A stretch of 63,602 nt of DNA, filler included. It is 5 parts of 5 records of this genome, joined end to end, with 100 filler letters (N's around TTAATTAATTAA, not from the genome) between each part and the next. Parts side by side here need not be neighbours in the genome. Positions count along the whole stretch, not along the records: positions 22,873 to 45,644 come from SRR31156797_21461; 4 more parts are not named here. One strand, written 5' to 3'. Shown piece by piece: positions 29,289-38,909 of the stretch. Position 1 is the first letter of the stretch; every line of letters begins with the position of its first letter. Both the position numbers and the translations under genes were made by a program. The notes below the pieces were generated by a model. That model was not told where the DNA came from and searched no databases. It worked only from the letters and a program-made list of their open reading frames with translations.

Positions 29289-29302
29289 TGTGTGTGTGTG
29301 TG
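29289..29302. repeat. (TG)7 simple sequence repeat in the citC leader
   Basis: tgtgtgtgtgtgtg 33-46 nt upstream of the citC start. Confidence 0.85.
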
Positions 29303-29443
29303 ATTTTTTTGTACTTCTTCTCAGTATTCAATTATATGAGATTTTACTGAAAATTCATCCTTCCATTAACATGTTTCAGAGGTTATAAATACATCAAAAA
29401 TCATGATAAATGTTATTTGTTTTTAGTTCTCGATTTAGTAGCG

Positions 29444-30835
29444 TTAAGCATATTTTTTATTTACCGTAAAAACAAAATAACTAACAGCTAATAAATCGGC
29501 TGATCCTCCAGGCGAAATATGATTTTTCGAACAAAAATTCATCAACTCTTTGTACTTCTCCTCAAAATCAGTTTCAGCAAAACAATCAAATGCTTTTTGC
29601 GCTTTCTGTTTTAATTCTTCTAAAGCCTCCACACCCTTTCTAAATAATATATTGCTATCCTCATTGTTAGCAATTAAAGCCAAAAGAGTATGTGTTAATG
29701 ATTTTTGAAGTAATAAATCAGTAATAATATTTTTATCCTGTAAATGTGAACTTAAAACCGGTATAGCATGCTCGAATACACTAGGTAATCCAGCTTGAAC
29801 TTCTCCTCTAATTCCTTGCCCTTTCTTTCCATACTTCTGAAAACACTCTTCTCCATGAGTTTTGCTTTTAGAATATAATTTTTTTCCCAATTCATTTTCA
29901 ACCAAATTGCCATTCAATCCTGTAAGCAATTCAACAAATAATTGATAGGAAAAGTTTTGGTGAGCAATTAGATATGAACTGATAAAAAGAGAAAATCCCA
30001 AAAGGAAAATTGCTCCCTTATGAGTATTTACCCCATTTGTTTCAGCAAACATATCTTCCTCCATCAACAAACCTATTCGACGCAATTCAGGTAAGGCACT
30101 TTTTAGATTTTCTCCTTTAAATGCATAACCAAATTCAGCAATCTCTTTAAAATACACAGATAAGACTGCACTGGAATTAATAAAGGTTGAAAAATCCATA
30201 TCATCGTGAGATCCGCTAGAAAAGCGATCTACCAATCCTGGTTTTGGAGATAAAGAAACCTCGTGCAATAAAGATTTTAGAGCTGTTGCAGCAAGATTTT
30301 TGCAAACTTTATCTTGACGAATCAAATTCAAATATTGCTTTATATCCTCATCTATCTTGGAACGCATTTCTTCGTAGGAATGTTTTTGTGCCCTCATACA
30401 AGCAATAGCTGCCTGCTGATTGCAGAAATAACAGAGTTTTGCTTTACCAGATGAAACCGGATTCCCCTCCTTATCGGTTATATCAACATCCAATAGTCGT
30501 CCTAAAGGATGTTCTTCTTCAAACTGCTCGGTAATTTCTTTAATTTCACAAATTGACAAGGTATCTGTAACTATGGGAACCAAATAAAAATCACCAGCCT
30601 TATCTGTTTCGCAATATTCTTGATCTGTATCAATATCAATCCTATTTGCTAAAAGAAAACGTTTCAGTTTCTTTAATGAATGCTTAAAAAACTGCGTACT
30701 TAATTCATTCGATTTTGGATAACCAGGAATATTCAGATTCAGACTTAAAGAAGCTACAACTTGCTTAGCAAGCAGCTTTCTTTTCTCAGCTCGATTATCC
30801 TTGGCTTCTAATAATTTCTTAATCACCTTATCCAT
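29444..30835 (-). CDS. citXG: Fused CitX-CitG (holo-ACP synthase / triphosphoribosyl-dephospho-CoA synthase)
   Basis: CitX: LNIPGYPK, GRLLDVDI, CYFC..ACMRAQKHS; CitG: EVSLSPKPGLVD, NTHKGAIF, SPGGSADLL. Confidence 0.9.
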   Translation of the reverse strand: MDKVIKKLLEAKDNRAEKRKLLAKQVVASLSLNLNIPGYPKSNELSTQFFKHSLKKLKRFLLANRIDIDTDQEYCETDKAGDFYLVPIVTDTLSICEIKEITEQFEEEHPLGRLLDVDITDKEGNPVSSGKAKLCYFCNQQAAIACMRAQKHSYEEMRSKIDEDIKQYLNLIRQDKVCKNLAATALKSLLHEVSLSPKPGLVDRFSSGSHDDMDFSTFINSSAVLSVYFKEIAEFGYAFKGENLKSALPELRRIGLLMEEDMFAETNGVNTHKGAIFLLGFSLFISSYLIAHQNFSYQLFVELLTGLNGNLVENELGKKLYSKSKTHGEECFQKYGKKGQGIRGEVQAGLPSVFEHAIPVLSSHLQDKNIITDLLLQKSLTHTLLALIANNEDSNILFRKGVEALEELKQKAQKAFDCFAETDFEEKYKELMNFCSKNHISPGGSADLLAVSYFVFTVNKKYA

Positions 30836-30926
30836 CAGTTCCGCCCCTTCTGTATTCCCATTTAAAAATACACCCTAAAAGTAAAACTACAATTAGGGTG
30901 CACAAAATATTTATTTAAGATTCTAT

Positions 30927-32498
30927 CTAAGATAGATTTTCGACATTATAAATTACATCGATAATAGTACCATCTCGATACTCAACCAATGCAACAATTT
31001 TATCTCCCAATTGCTTTTCAGCTGGAACACCAGTCATGTTATCCACTTCCTCTTTCAAGTCTCGGATATCAACAACCTTTACACCAGATTTTTTCAAGGC
31101 TGCAGCAAGATTTGGTTTCGATGGATTCACACAAACACCTCTTTCTGTTACTACCACATCAACACTTTCACCTGGAGTAACCACTGTGTGAACACGATCT
31201 TTCACAATTGGCAAACGACCACGGAAAGATGGACATACAACAACAGTTAAATTTGCTCCTGAAGCAGTATCGGAGTGCCCCCCTGATGCTCCACGAATTT
31301 CTCCTGAAGAACCTGTAATTACATTAACGTTGAAATCTACATCAACCTCTAATGCTCCCAATACCACAACATCCAACTTGTTGGTCATAGAACCACAGTT
31401 GTTTGGATTTGCATATTGATCACAAGTAATTTCGATATGATTTGGGTTATTCAACACAGAAGTACTTACTGCTGCATCAAATGACTGTACGTCGAAAATA
31501 GCCTGAAAAAGACCTTCTTCCAGCATGTCAACACCATAAGATGTTACACCACCAATCATGAAACTACCTTTAATATCTTTGCGTTTCATATCCTCGCGAA
31601 GGAATTTGGCAACAGCCAAAGATGCTCCTCCAGCACCAACCTGAAACGACATACCATTTTTGAACAAACCTGAATGCTCAATCACATTAGCTGCGATTCT
31701 TGCAATACGCAAGTCCATTGGTGAACTTGTGATACGAGTAGTACCCGAAGCAATTTTAGTTGCATCACCAATAGAATCAACTCTTACTACATAATCAACA
31801 AAATGCTGACGAACAGTTGATGGTACACAAGGATATTCTACCAAGTTATCAGTAACAACGATAACATTCTTGGAATATCTTGCATCAATATCAGCATATC
31901 CCATTGATCCGAAAGCTGAAGGTCCGTGAGATCCTGTTGAGTTACCTTCCTCATCAGAAGCCGAAGCAGCTAGTACTGATAAATCTGGTTTAATACGTCC
32001 GGTTAAAAAATCGCGAACACGACCACCATGAGAGTGAATTATTGCAGGGTGTTTTAATTTACCCATAGAAATAATTTCTCCTAATCTTCCACGGATTCCC
32101 GATGAAAAGATTTTCGTAATCATACCACTTTCTACGTAAGGTACTAAACCATCGTGTGCTGATGTTAAAGAAGAAGAAGCCAAAGTAATATCTTTGATTC
32201 CCATCTTATCAAGTATTTTAATGGTTTGCATTAAAACACCATCTCCACCACGCAAATGGTGATGACAAGTAACTGTCATGCCATCAAATGGATTACAATT
32301 CTTAATCGCCTCTTCTAAATTATCACATAACTTAGATGTATGCGCTTTTTTTGCTTTTAGTGTTCTCGAAATATTTGTAGATGGAACTTCATCTCCAATA
32401 ATATTTTCCCAAACTCCCTGGAAAGGTTTTAGCTCTCCCAAGCCTTCTATATATTCAGGAATTTCAACTCCCAATGCATTTTTCATGTCTATATTCAA
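30927..32498 (-). CDS. citF: Citrate lyase alpha subunit (citrate CoA-transferase)
   Basis: HHHLRGGD, HSHGGR, FQVGAGGASLAV, GASGGHSDTA, VEYRDGTIID. Confidence 0.96.
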   Translation of the reverse strand: MNIDMKNALGVEIPEYIEGLGELKPFQGVWENIIGDEVPSTNISRTLKAKKAHTSKLCDNLEEAIKNCNPFDGMTVTCHHHLRGGDGVLMQTIKILDKMGIKDITLASSSLTSAHDGLVPYVESGMITKIFSSGIRGRLGEIISMGKLKHPAIIHSHGGRVRDFLTGRIKPDLSVLAASASDEEGNSTGSHGPSAFGSMGYADIDARYSKNVIVVTDNLVEYPCVPSTVRQHFVDYVVRVDSIGDATKIASGTTRITSSPMDLRIARIAANVIEHSGLFKNGMSFQVGAGGASLAVAKFLREDMKRKDIKGSFMIGGVTSYGVDMLEEGLFQAIFDVQSFDAAVSTSVLNNPNHIEITCDQYANPNNCGSMTNKLDVVVLGALEVDVDFNVNVITGSSGEIRGASGGHSDTASGANLTVVVCPSFRGRLPIVKDRVHTVVTPGESVDVVVTERGVCVNPSKPNLAAALKKSGVKVVDIRDLKEEVDNMTGVPAEKQLGDKIVALVEYRDGTIIDVIYNVENLS

Positions 32499-32511
32499 TT
32501 AAGAAACCAAA

Positions 32512-33408
32512 TTAACCAACACTCTTCTCAATCTCTTCAAGATCGATATTAGCATATTCTAAAACTGTAATTGCACGTTGCACAACTGGTGCGTCAATCA
32601 TTTTACCATCAATAGCAAATACACCAATACCCGCTTTTTTATTTTTGATAAATTCTGAATACACACGATACGCTTTACGCACTTCATTTTCGGTTGGGTT
32701 AAACACTTCGTGAACTGTATCAACCTGTCTTGGATTAATAAGTGCTTTACCAGCAAAACCAATTTTCTTGATGTATTCAGTCTCTTCACGTAGACCTTCT
32801 TCATCATTAACATCAGCAAAAACAGTATCCAAAACATCCAAATTGTTAGCCTTACCAGCCATCACAATTCTCTTTCTTGCATAATCGATACCAACACCGT
32901 CTGGTGTTTTCACAATTCCCATATCCGCAGTTAAATCCTGACCTCCAATAGTAATTGCATCGATTCTAGGATCAGCAGATGCTATATCATACACATTAGC
33001 TACACCTTTTGCTGTTTCAATCATCACGTGAATAGACATGGTCGGTTTCTTAATTCCATGCTTTTTTTCTATTCTGCGAACCTCTTTCATAAATTCCTTC
33101 ACATCATCAACCGACTCTGTTTTAGGAAAACGAATATTATCTGGCTGCATTGGAACAATCTCTTCCAAATCGGCTAAACCAAAAGGTGTATGCATATTGT
33201 TAACACGTACACAAACTTCGGTACCGTAAAACTCTACAGTTTGCAACATGCTACGAACCAAAATACGAGCAGCATCTTTTTGATTTAATGCAACTGCATC
33301 TTCAAGGTCTAATAATACAGCATCACATCCGTACACTCCTGCTTGTTGAATCATTGCCGGATTATTTCCCGGAATGTACAACATTGATCTTCTTTTTCTT
33401 TTAGCCAT
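32512..33408 (-). CDS. citE: Citrate lyase beta subunit (citryl-ACP lyase)
   Basis: RRSMLYIPGNNP, DLEDAV, IETAKG, GKMIDAP. Confidence 0.96.
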   Translation of the reverse strand: MAKRKRRSMLYIPGNNPAMIQQAGVYGCDAVLLDLEDAVALNQKDAARILVRSMLQTVEFYGTEVCVRVNNMHTPFGLADLEEIVPMQPDNIRFPKTESVDDVKEFMKEVRRIEKKHGIKKPTMSIHVMIETAKGVANVYDIASADPRIDAITIGGQDLTADMGIVKTPDGVGIDYARKRIVMAGKANNLDVLDTVFADVNDEEGLREETEYIKKIGFAGKALINPRQVDTVHEVFNPTENEVRKAYRVYSEFIKNKKAGIGVFAIDGKMIDAPVVQRAITVLEYANIDLEEIEKSVG

Positions 33409-33695
33409 TACATTGTACCCTCCTGAATACCTAAAGAACGTTTAACTGCAGTTTCAACTCTCGCTTTAATTGTTGGTGTTAGCGCTCCTTTATCCTTTGC
33501 AATCAAGTGTACATCTTCAATACCAAGATCATTTAGCACTTGATTTACTGTAGTTTTGATATCTTCTTCGAACTGTAACATTACTGTTGAAGAAATATCA
33601 ACCTGGAGTCCGGTTCCCTGCTCAACTGGCTCAATCAAGATCATGATATCACTTGATTCAAAAGTTCCGGCCTGCGCTTTAAACTTAGGTGTCAT
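33408..33695 (-). CDS. citD: Citrate lyase acyl carrier protein (gamma)
   Basis: AGTFESSD prosthetic-group Ser motif, DKGAL..IKARVETAV; 1-nt overlap with citE. Confidence 0.95.
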   Translation of the reverse strand: MTPKFKAQAGTFESSDIMILIEPVEQGTGLQVDISSTVMLQFEEDIKTTVNQVLNDLGIEDVHLIAKDKGALTPTIKARVETAVKRSLGIQEGTM

Positions 33696-33862
33696 TGTTA
33701 ACGATATTTGTTTAATTATTCCGTAAGAATTCTATAAATTGATTATGCAAATTTTAATGTCTTTGAATAGAAATCAAAGCACTTTTAAAGATTTTTGTAG
33801 TTAATTACTTAGTGTTATAAAACACACTCAGCAAGCCGCCTATTATCAGCACATTACAAATA

Positions 33863-33876
33863 AGCAAACGTTTGTA
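33863..33876. promoter_or_regulatory. LacI-family-like operator upstream of citD
   Basis: AGCAAACGTTTGTA palindrome; second copy CGCAAACGTTTTC at 34175-34187. Confidence 0.5.
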
Positions 33877-34003
33877 AGTATATACATTTCTTACTATTCT
33901 AATGAATTTATAAACTCATTTTATTAGATCTCTACTTATTCCAGCCTTAAAAATCTTCGAATCTGTTAAAGAAAGAACAATTTTTATTTCTAAAACATAC
34001 AAT

Positions 34004-34142
34004 TACAACAAAGGCTCCGAAAAAACGGAGCCTTAATTGTTAGTGATTAGTTAGTGGTTAGAAATTCTTGCCATAAAGACAAGAAAATCAAAGGTGTGAT
34101 TAGTAAAGTATACAATGGTAATTGTGTTCTTACTTTTCAAAT
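34004..34142 (-). ncRNA. Candidate small RNA with CUAAC repeats (putative sponge)
   Basis: Full Bacteroidota promoter TTTG(34180-34177)-N21-TATATTGC(34155-34148); UCUAACCACUAACUAAUCACUAACAA tract; terminator AAGGCUCCG-UUUUUU-CGGAGCCUU-UGUUG. Confidence 0.55.
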
Positions 34143-34370
34143 ACGTCGCAATATAAGTGTTATTTTTTATATTACGCAAACGTTTTCTGAAAAAAATCTA
34201 TTTTAATTATGCAAATTTTACTGATCAACTAAAAATACATTTCAAGGTATAATAATAGTAGATTGATTAAAGATTTTTTTCCGTTAATAATTTTGAGTGA
34301 TCGATTAATGGTATGTTACTTCAATTCTAAGCACTTAAATAATTTACACTTTTCAATACCTAAAAATCAT

Positions 34371-34401
34371 CGATTAATACATTTATACAAGCTATTAATC
34401 G
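34371..34401. promoter_or_regulatory. Inverted repeat upstream of the sRNA promoter
   Basis: CGATTAATA-N13-TATTAATCG; extra TCGATTAAT half site at 34301. Confidence 0.45.
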
Positions 34402-34444
34402 GTAATTAAATCAAAATTAAGAGGCTAAGACTATTTTTGAATCA

Positions 34445-34564
34445 TCAATTTAGGTAGTAGTAAGTTAGATTAGTAAAAATTTGTTAGTGTTAGAGTTAAC
34501 TTGAACTGTTCCGCACAATCAGTTCTGAATAAAATAGCCTTTGTACCACAAGGCTATTTTTTTT
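34445..34564 (+). ncRNA. Candidate UUAG-repeat small RNA (~120 nt)
   Basis: TATTTTTG -7 box at 34432-34439; seven UAG motifs; GAACUG/CAGUUC hairpin; terminator AAAAUAGCCUU...AAGGCUAUUUU plus U tract. Confidence 0.6.
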
Positions 34565-34631
34565 GCAATAAAAAAAAGGAGCAATCAAGCACATTCCTTA
34601 ACTACTCCTTTTCGATTTTGACAATTATATT

Positions 34632-36065
34632 TTAAACTGCACCTACAAGAGAAACGGATGAAATAGTATCTCCCATTCCCACTAATGTTACTGGTTTTTC
34701 TATTAAAATAGTTGGTACAGCTATCACTTCAAGTTCATTATTTTCAAAAATACCTGTTGATAACAAATCATTTTCGCCCAAATGCATTTTCACCGTTTCC
34801 GATAAAGACTGAAGCTCATTTAATCCTACATCCGACACTTTATGATCTTTTGCCCACAATAGAACATCTTTTGCATCAATTGCACCTGTTCCTGCCTTTG
34901 CTGCAGCTACTGTTGCCGCCAATTGCATTCCATTGCGATTCTTTAAAGGATTTACCTTAAAACCTTTTTCCTGAAGTGTTACATACAATCCAAACATATG
35001 CAATTGCATTCTTGGGCATTTTGTATATTCATAAATCTTCAGCATTCCTTCAAACAAATTTGATGAGTTAGTGTTTTTCTCACATTTTGCTGCCAATTCA
35101 TCCTCTCCAATTACTTCCAGAATATCTATTAGTTCACGCTCATTAAAACCAAGACTATCCACGCTTTCAACCAAACTATCAATTAGGTGTTTTCGAACCA
35201 CTTTATCTTGCGTTGAAGCTACCTCTAAATGCAATAGATTATTTGGGCAAGATTTTCTCCAATCAGCGATCATTTTTTTGGAAAGATCTATTCGGTCAGC
35301 TCCTTTTGTCCCATCAGCTAAGTTCTCATGCAACATTTGATATCCGGATAGAATAATGTATTCCGGGTTAATATCATCTTTCGACATTCTTTTATCAAAA
35401 TTCTCATCCACATGCAATTTGAAATTTAAAGGATCATAAGTGGCAATAAAACGATTTGCCTTAGGGCAAGTATAAGTTACGCCATCAACAGTAATGGTAT
35501 CCCCCTTATCAAATTCAATAATCCAGTGAATTAATGCATTCTCATTTGCTCTATCTACTTTCGAAGCTTGTTGAATATCTCCATCTGCATTTGTGGTAAC
35601 AAGATTAGGAAGATTTAAAAACAACTGACCTTGTTCTTTTGGAGCAGAAGCACAGTGCACATAAACATTTTGCACTCCGCAAACTGCCATTACATTAGCT
35701 ACAATTCCTCCTTGTCCACCCATTTGCATTTTATCGTAGCCTACATTTTTATTCAACCATTCAAACACTTCCACTTCTTCTATCAACCACTCTTCGGCAA
35801 TACCACCTTTAAAGCAATGCAAAAAACCACGAATCGCATCTTCATTAGTACGAATTGCTTTTTCACCTGTCGAAACAATAGAATCAACCTTAAGGTTATT
35901 ATCGGTAATAAGTTTTTCAATACTTTTTCCGCTTACCTTAATTACCGCATCAACATTTGCATTAAACGCACTAATTAAACCCTTAATATTGCTCATTTTT
36001 TCCAATTGAGCAGGAGCTGATTTATAGTTTTCGAGCCAAGCAGTTTTTAATTCACTTAAAGACAT
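34632..36065 (-). CDS. ADP-dependent glucokinase/phosphofructokinase family
   Basis: FNANVDA, QMGGQGGIVAN, IHWIIEF, ANRFIATYD, ILSGYQ, HLEVAS, SLGFNERE, VGMGDTISS; ATG 36065 preferred. Confidence 0.92.
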   Translation of the reverse strand: MSLSELKTAWLENYKSAPAQLEKMSNIKGLISAFNANVDAVIKVSGKSIEKLITDNNLKVDSIVSTGEKAIRTNEDAIRGFLHCFKGGIAEEWLIEEVEVFEWLNKNVGYDKMQMGGQGGIVANVMAVCGVQNVYVHCASAPKEQGQLFLNLPNLVTTNADGDIQQASKVDRANENALIHWIIEFDKGDTITVDGVTYTCPKANRFIATYDPLNFKLHVDENFDKRMSKDDINPEYIILSGYQMLHENLADGTKGADRIDLSKKMIADWRKSCPNNLLHLEVASTQDKVVRKHLIDSLVESVDSLGFNERELIDILEVIGEDELAAKCEKNTNSSNLFEGMLKIYEYTKCPRMQLHMFGLYVTLQEKGFKVNPLKNRNGMQLAATVAAAKAGTGAIDAKDVLLWAKDHKVSDVGLNELQSLSETVKMHLGENDLLSTGIFENNELEVIAVPTILIEKPVTLVGMGDTISSVSLVGAV

Positions 36066-36208
36066 ATGGTGTGATTTTATATTATTATTCCAGATTTCAA
36101 CACTAAATATACTCAGCAAAGAAATAGAATAAAAGTCCTTTTACTTTAAAACTTTTGGGAAAACAAACGAAAAATCACTGCAATGGTTTGCAGTAAATCT
36201 GTAAAAAA

Positions 36209-36238
36209 AGACCTTTGGGAATAAATCTCCAAAGGTCT
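36209..36238 (-). terminator. Intrinsic terminator after the SPFH gene
   Basis: AGACCTTTGG...CCAAAGGTCT followed by a T-run on the minus strand. Confidence 0.75.
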
Positions 36239-36262
36239 CAGCTGAATTTTGAAAATTAAAAA

Positions 36263-37573
36263 CTATTTTTTCAATTTAGTATCCATTAATTGTTTAGCCA
36301 TCGCAGCACCAATTAAAGACTCGAGTGGCATTTTTCCATTCTTACCACCATCACCTGTAATCATTACATCAGGAAACTTAATTTTAGCAATTTCTTTAGC
36401 TACACCAATTGCAATTTCTTTCTCAATTTGTGCTCGTTCCTGAGGTGTTAAACCTGCCGAAACTAATTTTGCATTCTGATAAGATTCAGCATCAGCAGCA
36501 ACTTTCTTGGCTGCAGATTTCAATTTTTCTGTCTCTAAAGCTATTGCAGCCAAACGCTTGTTTGTTTCCTCTTGCTTTAGCTTAGTTTCAATCGAAATCA
36601 AAGCTTTCACCTGCTCTTTTTCCTGAGTAACACGCTCACCAGCTTTATCTCTTTCCCCTTCGGCAACAATACGCGCCTGAGCATCTTTCGCAGTTTTAAT
36701 TTTTTGTTGTTCCAACTGTCTTTTTGCTGATTCATCTCTCTGAGCTTCCAATCTTTTCTTAAAAACCTCTTCCAAAATCACATCATCAACAATAACTTGA
36801 GCTACAATAATATTATTTTCATTGATATCATGAGGAATACGAATCAATTTGCCACTAGCATCTTTTCTCTTCTTTACCTCATAACGGGTTTGAATTTCCT
36901 TAACGGCTCGGTTATTTTCCTCAATAGCTGATACAATTGTATCTCTGTATTCCAACTTTTCAACACTATATGCTCCAGCTTTTAATTGATCTTCAACTGC
37001 CACCCTAAAATCGGAAGCTGATCCCGAAATATAATCCTGGGCAGCAAACATATAACCTGTGTTCGACACAACCTCACGAACAGTAGGAATTAATGTATTA
37101 TGAGCTAAATTTTGCAATGATCTAAACTCAATAGCCATTTCAATAAATGACTCCTTATCTGTTGGCAATTGAAAACGAGTAGATAGTTTTGCCGATGCTG
37201 TCACCTGATCAATAAATCGAATTGGAATTGGATTCATCACCCCTTCAATATTATCTCTTTTTTCTCCTTTACTCACAACTTTTACATCGATATATTTTTG
37301 CCATGGTATAATTTTAGCAAATCCTCTCCACTTAATACCTTCTGTCATTACAGCATCTTTACCACCATTAGGATAAACAACAAAATACTGATATCCGGGT
37401 TCTGCCCAAAAAAACATAAATGGCATAATAATCATAAAAAAACCCATAACAATCACTCCAAACGAAAAACGAGCGGTAAGCTTCGAAAATAGTTGTAGCT
37501 TACTAACTAGAAATGGCTTCAAAAATAGCAATACAAGTCCTAATAGGACAACAATAACTCCTAATACAATCAT
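36263..37573 (-). CDS. SPFH/Band 7 (prohibitin-like) membrane protein
   Basis: Two N-terminal TMs, IPIRFID, AE-rich C-terminal coiled coil. Confidence 0.8.
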   Translation of the reverse strand: MIVLGVIVVLLGLVLLFLKPFLVSKLQLFSKLTARFSFGVIVMGFFMIIMPFMFFWAEPGYQYFVVYPNGGKDAVMTEGIKWRGFAKIIPWQKYIDVKVVSKGEKRDNIEGVMNPIPIRFIDQVTASAKLSTRFQLPTDKESFIEMAIEFRSLQNLAHNTLIPTVREVVSNTGYMFAAQDYISGSASDFRVAVEDQLKAGAYSVEKLEYRDTIVSAIEENNRAVKEIQTRYEVKKRKDASGKLIRIPHDINENNIIVAQVIVDDVILEEVFKKRLEAQRDESAKRQLEQQKIKTAKDAQARIVAEGERDKAGERVTQEKEQVKALISIETKLKQEETNKRLAAIALETEKLKSAAKKVAADAESYQNAKLVSAGLTPQERAQIEKEIAIGVAKEIAKIKFPDVMITGDGGKNGKMPLESLIGAAMAKQLMDTKLKK

Positions 37574-38059
37574 AAAATTAAATGGTTTAATTGGTTTATT
37601 AATTCAAGGACCAAAGTATAATTTATTTTTCAATTCAATGATATACTTATGTTGCTTTTCGACCAAGCCTATTTTATGACTTTGAAATGGCTTTTTCACC
37701 AGTTTTATGAAAATTAAAATAATTGAGTTAATAAAACACTTAATTTAATTCTGTACCAAAACAATCAAATTTTATTAATCACCAATCAAACAGCCTGTTT
37801 GTAGATTATTTAATAAATTTCGACTCTAAAATTGTATCATTTTCGTACATATATAAACGATATTCAATTCGTGGTCATTGAGGTTATCACAAAATCATCA
37901 AAAATTGAAATTCGAGTAAGAATAGTCCATCAACCTAAATGAATATTTACTAAATATTTTAAAAGACATGCTGATAAACAATTAAAACAATAGAGATACA
38001 TCTGGATATTTATATATATTTGTCAACTGAATTCAAAAACAAAAGAAAATATTATAAAT

Positions 38060-38473
38060 ATGAAAGCAACAACTACCTGGACAAAAGGAATGTCGTCGGT
38101 AATTACCAACAACAGAGGTCATGAAATTACAATTGATTTACCTGATGGTAAAGGAGGTGAAAATCTTGGTGCAACAGCTTTTGAAGTATGCTTAATGAGC
38201 TACTCTGGTTGTGTAAACACTATCTTCAATGTAGTCGCTAAAAAGATGAGAATTGAGTTTACATCTTTAGAAGTTGATACAACAGCTCAACAGCAAAATG
38301 GAGCTCCAACTTTTACGGATGTTGAAGTTGAGTTAAGAATTGATTCAGATGCTAATGATGATAAGATTAAAAAATGCCTTGAGCAAACACTAAAGATGTG
38401 TCCTGTTGGAGTTCTATTTCATCAGGCAGGTGTTAATACTACATACAAAATTGTAAAAATGCAGAAAGCATAG
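38060..38473 (+). CDS. OsmC/Ohr-family protein
   Basis: IDLP..GGENLGATAFE..SYSGC...KMCPV. Confidence 0.88.
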   Translation: MKATTTWTKGMSSVITNNRGHEITIDLPDGKGGENLGATAFEVCLMSYSGCVNTIFNVVAKKMRIEFTSLEVDTTAQQQNGAPTFTDVEVELRIDSDANDDKIKKCLEQTLKMCPVGVLFHQAGVNTTYKIVKMQKA

Positions 38474-38495
38474 GTTGAATACCACATAATTCCAC

Positions 38496-38525
38496 AAATC
38501 CCTTACCTATGGTAAGGGATTTTTT
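38496..38525 (+). terminator. Intrinsic terminator after osmC
   Basis: AAATCCCTTACC-TAT-GGTAAGGGATTT plus T-run. Confidence 0.85.
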
Positions 38526-38566
38526 CATGCAAAAATCCAATCTTATTTACTTTACAGTTAATTATA

Positions 38567-38752
38567 CGGTAAATTCCAATTTTATCGACCATACATGGCA
38601 CTCATATATCATTCGGATGAAATTCCGAGGGGTATAAATCTTACAATTAGGAGGTTAGGATAAAAATCCACACGAATTTTATGAATTAAAAATGAACGCG
38701 GACGAAAATCCAAAGGCATTTCACACATAGAAAATGTATACGGATAATAATT
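38567..38752. repeat. Phased array of short GGAY-RAAA-WTCC palindromes
   Basis: GGA starts at 38615, 38658, 38700, 38742 (43/42/42-nt spacing); degenerate copy at 38567. Confidence 0.5.
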
Positions 38753-38909
38753 AGAGGTATGTATTTAAAAAAAATGAACATATTTTTCAATTCGTCAAAC
38801 ATTTTTATTCTATTATTAACAAATCATTAACGCTGTAAACACAGCCCAACTATTGTTTAGCTAAAAAATAAAAGACTAATTTGTATTCTATTATTAAAAA
38901 TAAAGAATC

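Noticed and set aside
19305-36065. Polyphosphate and ADP-dependent glucokinases as one ATP-sparing pathway
   Set aside because: They lie on different contigs with no evidence of a shared genome
38529-38752. CRISPR array
   Set aside because: Repeats are only ~12 nt and degenerate, with no cas genes; kept as a phased-motif finding instead
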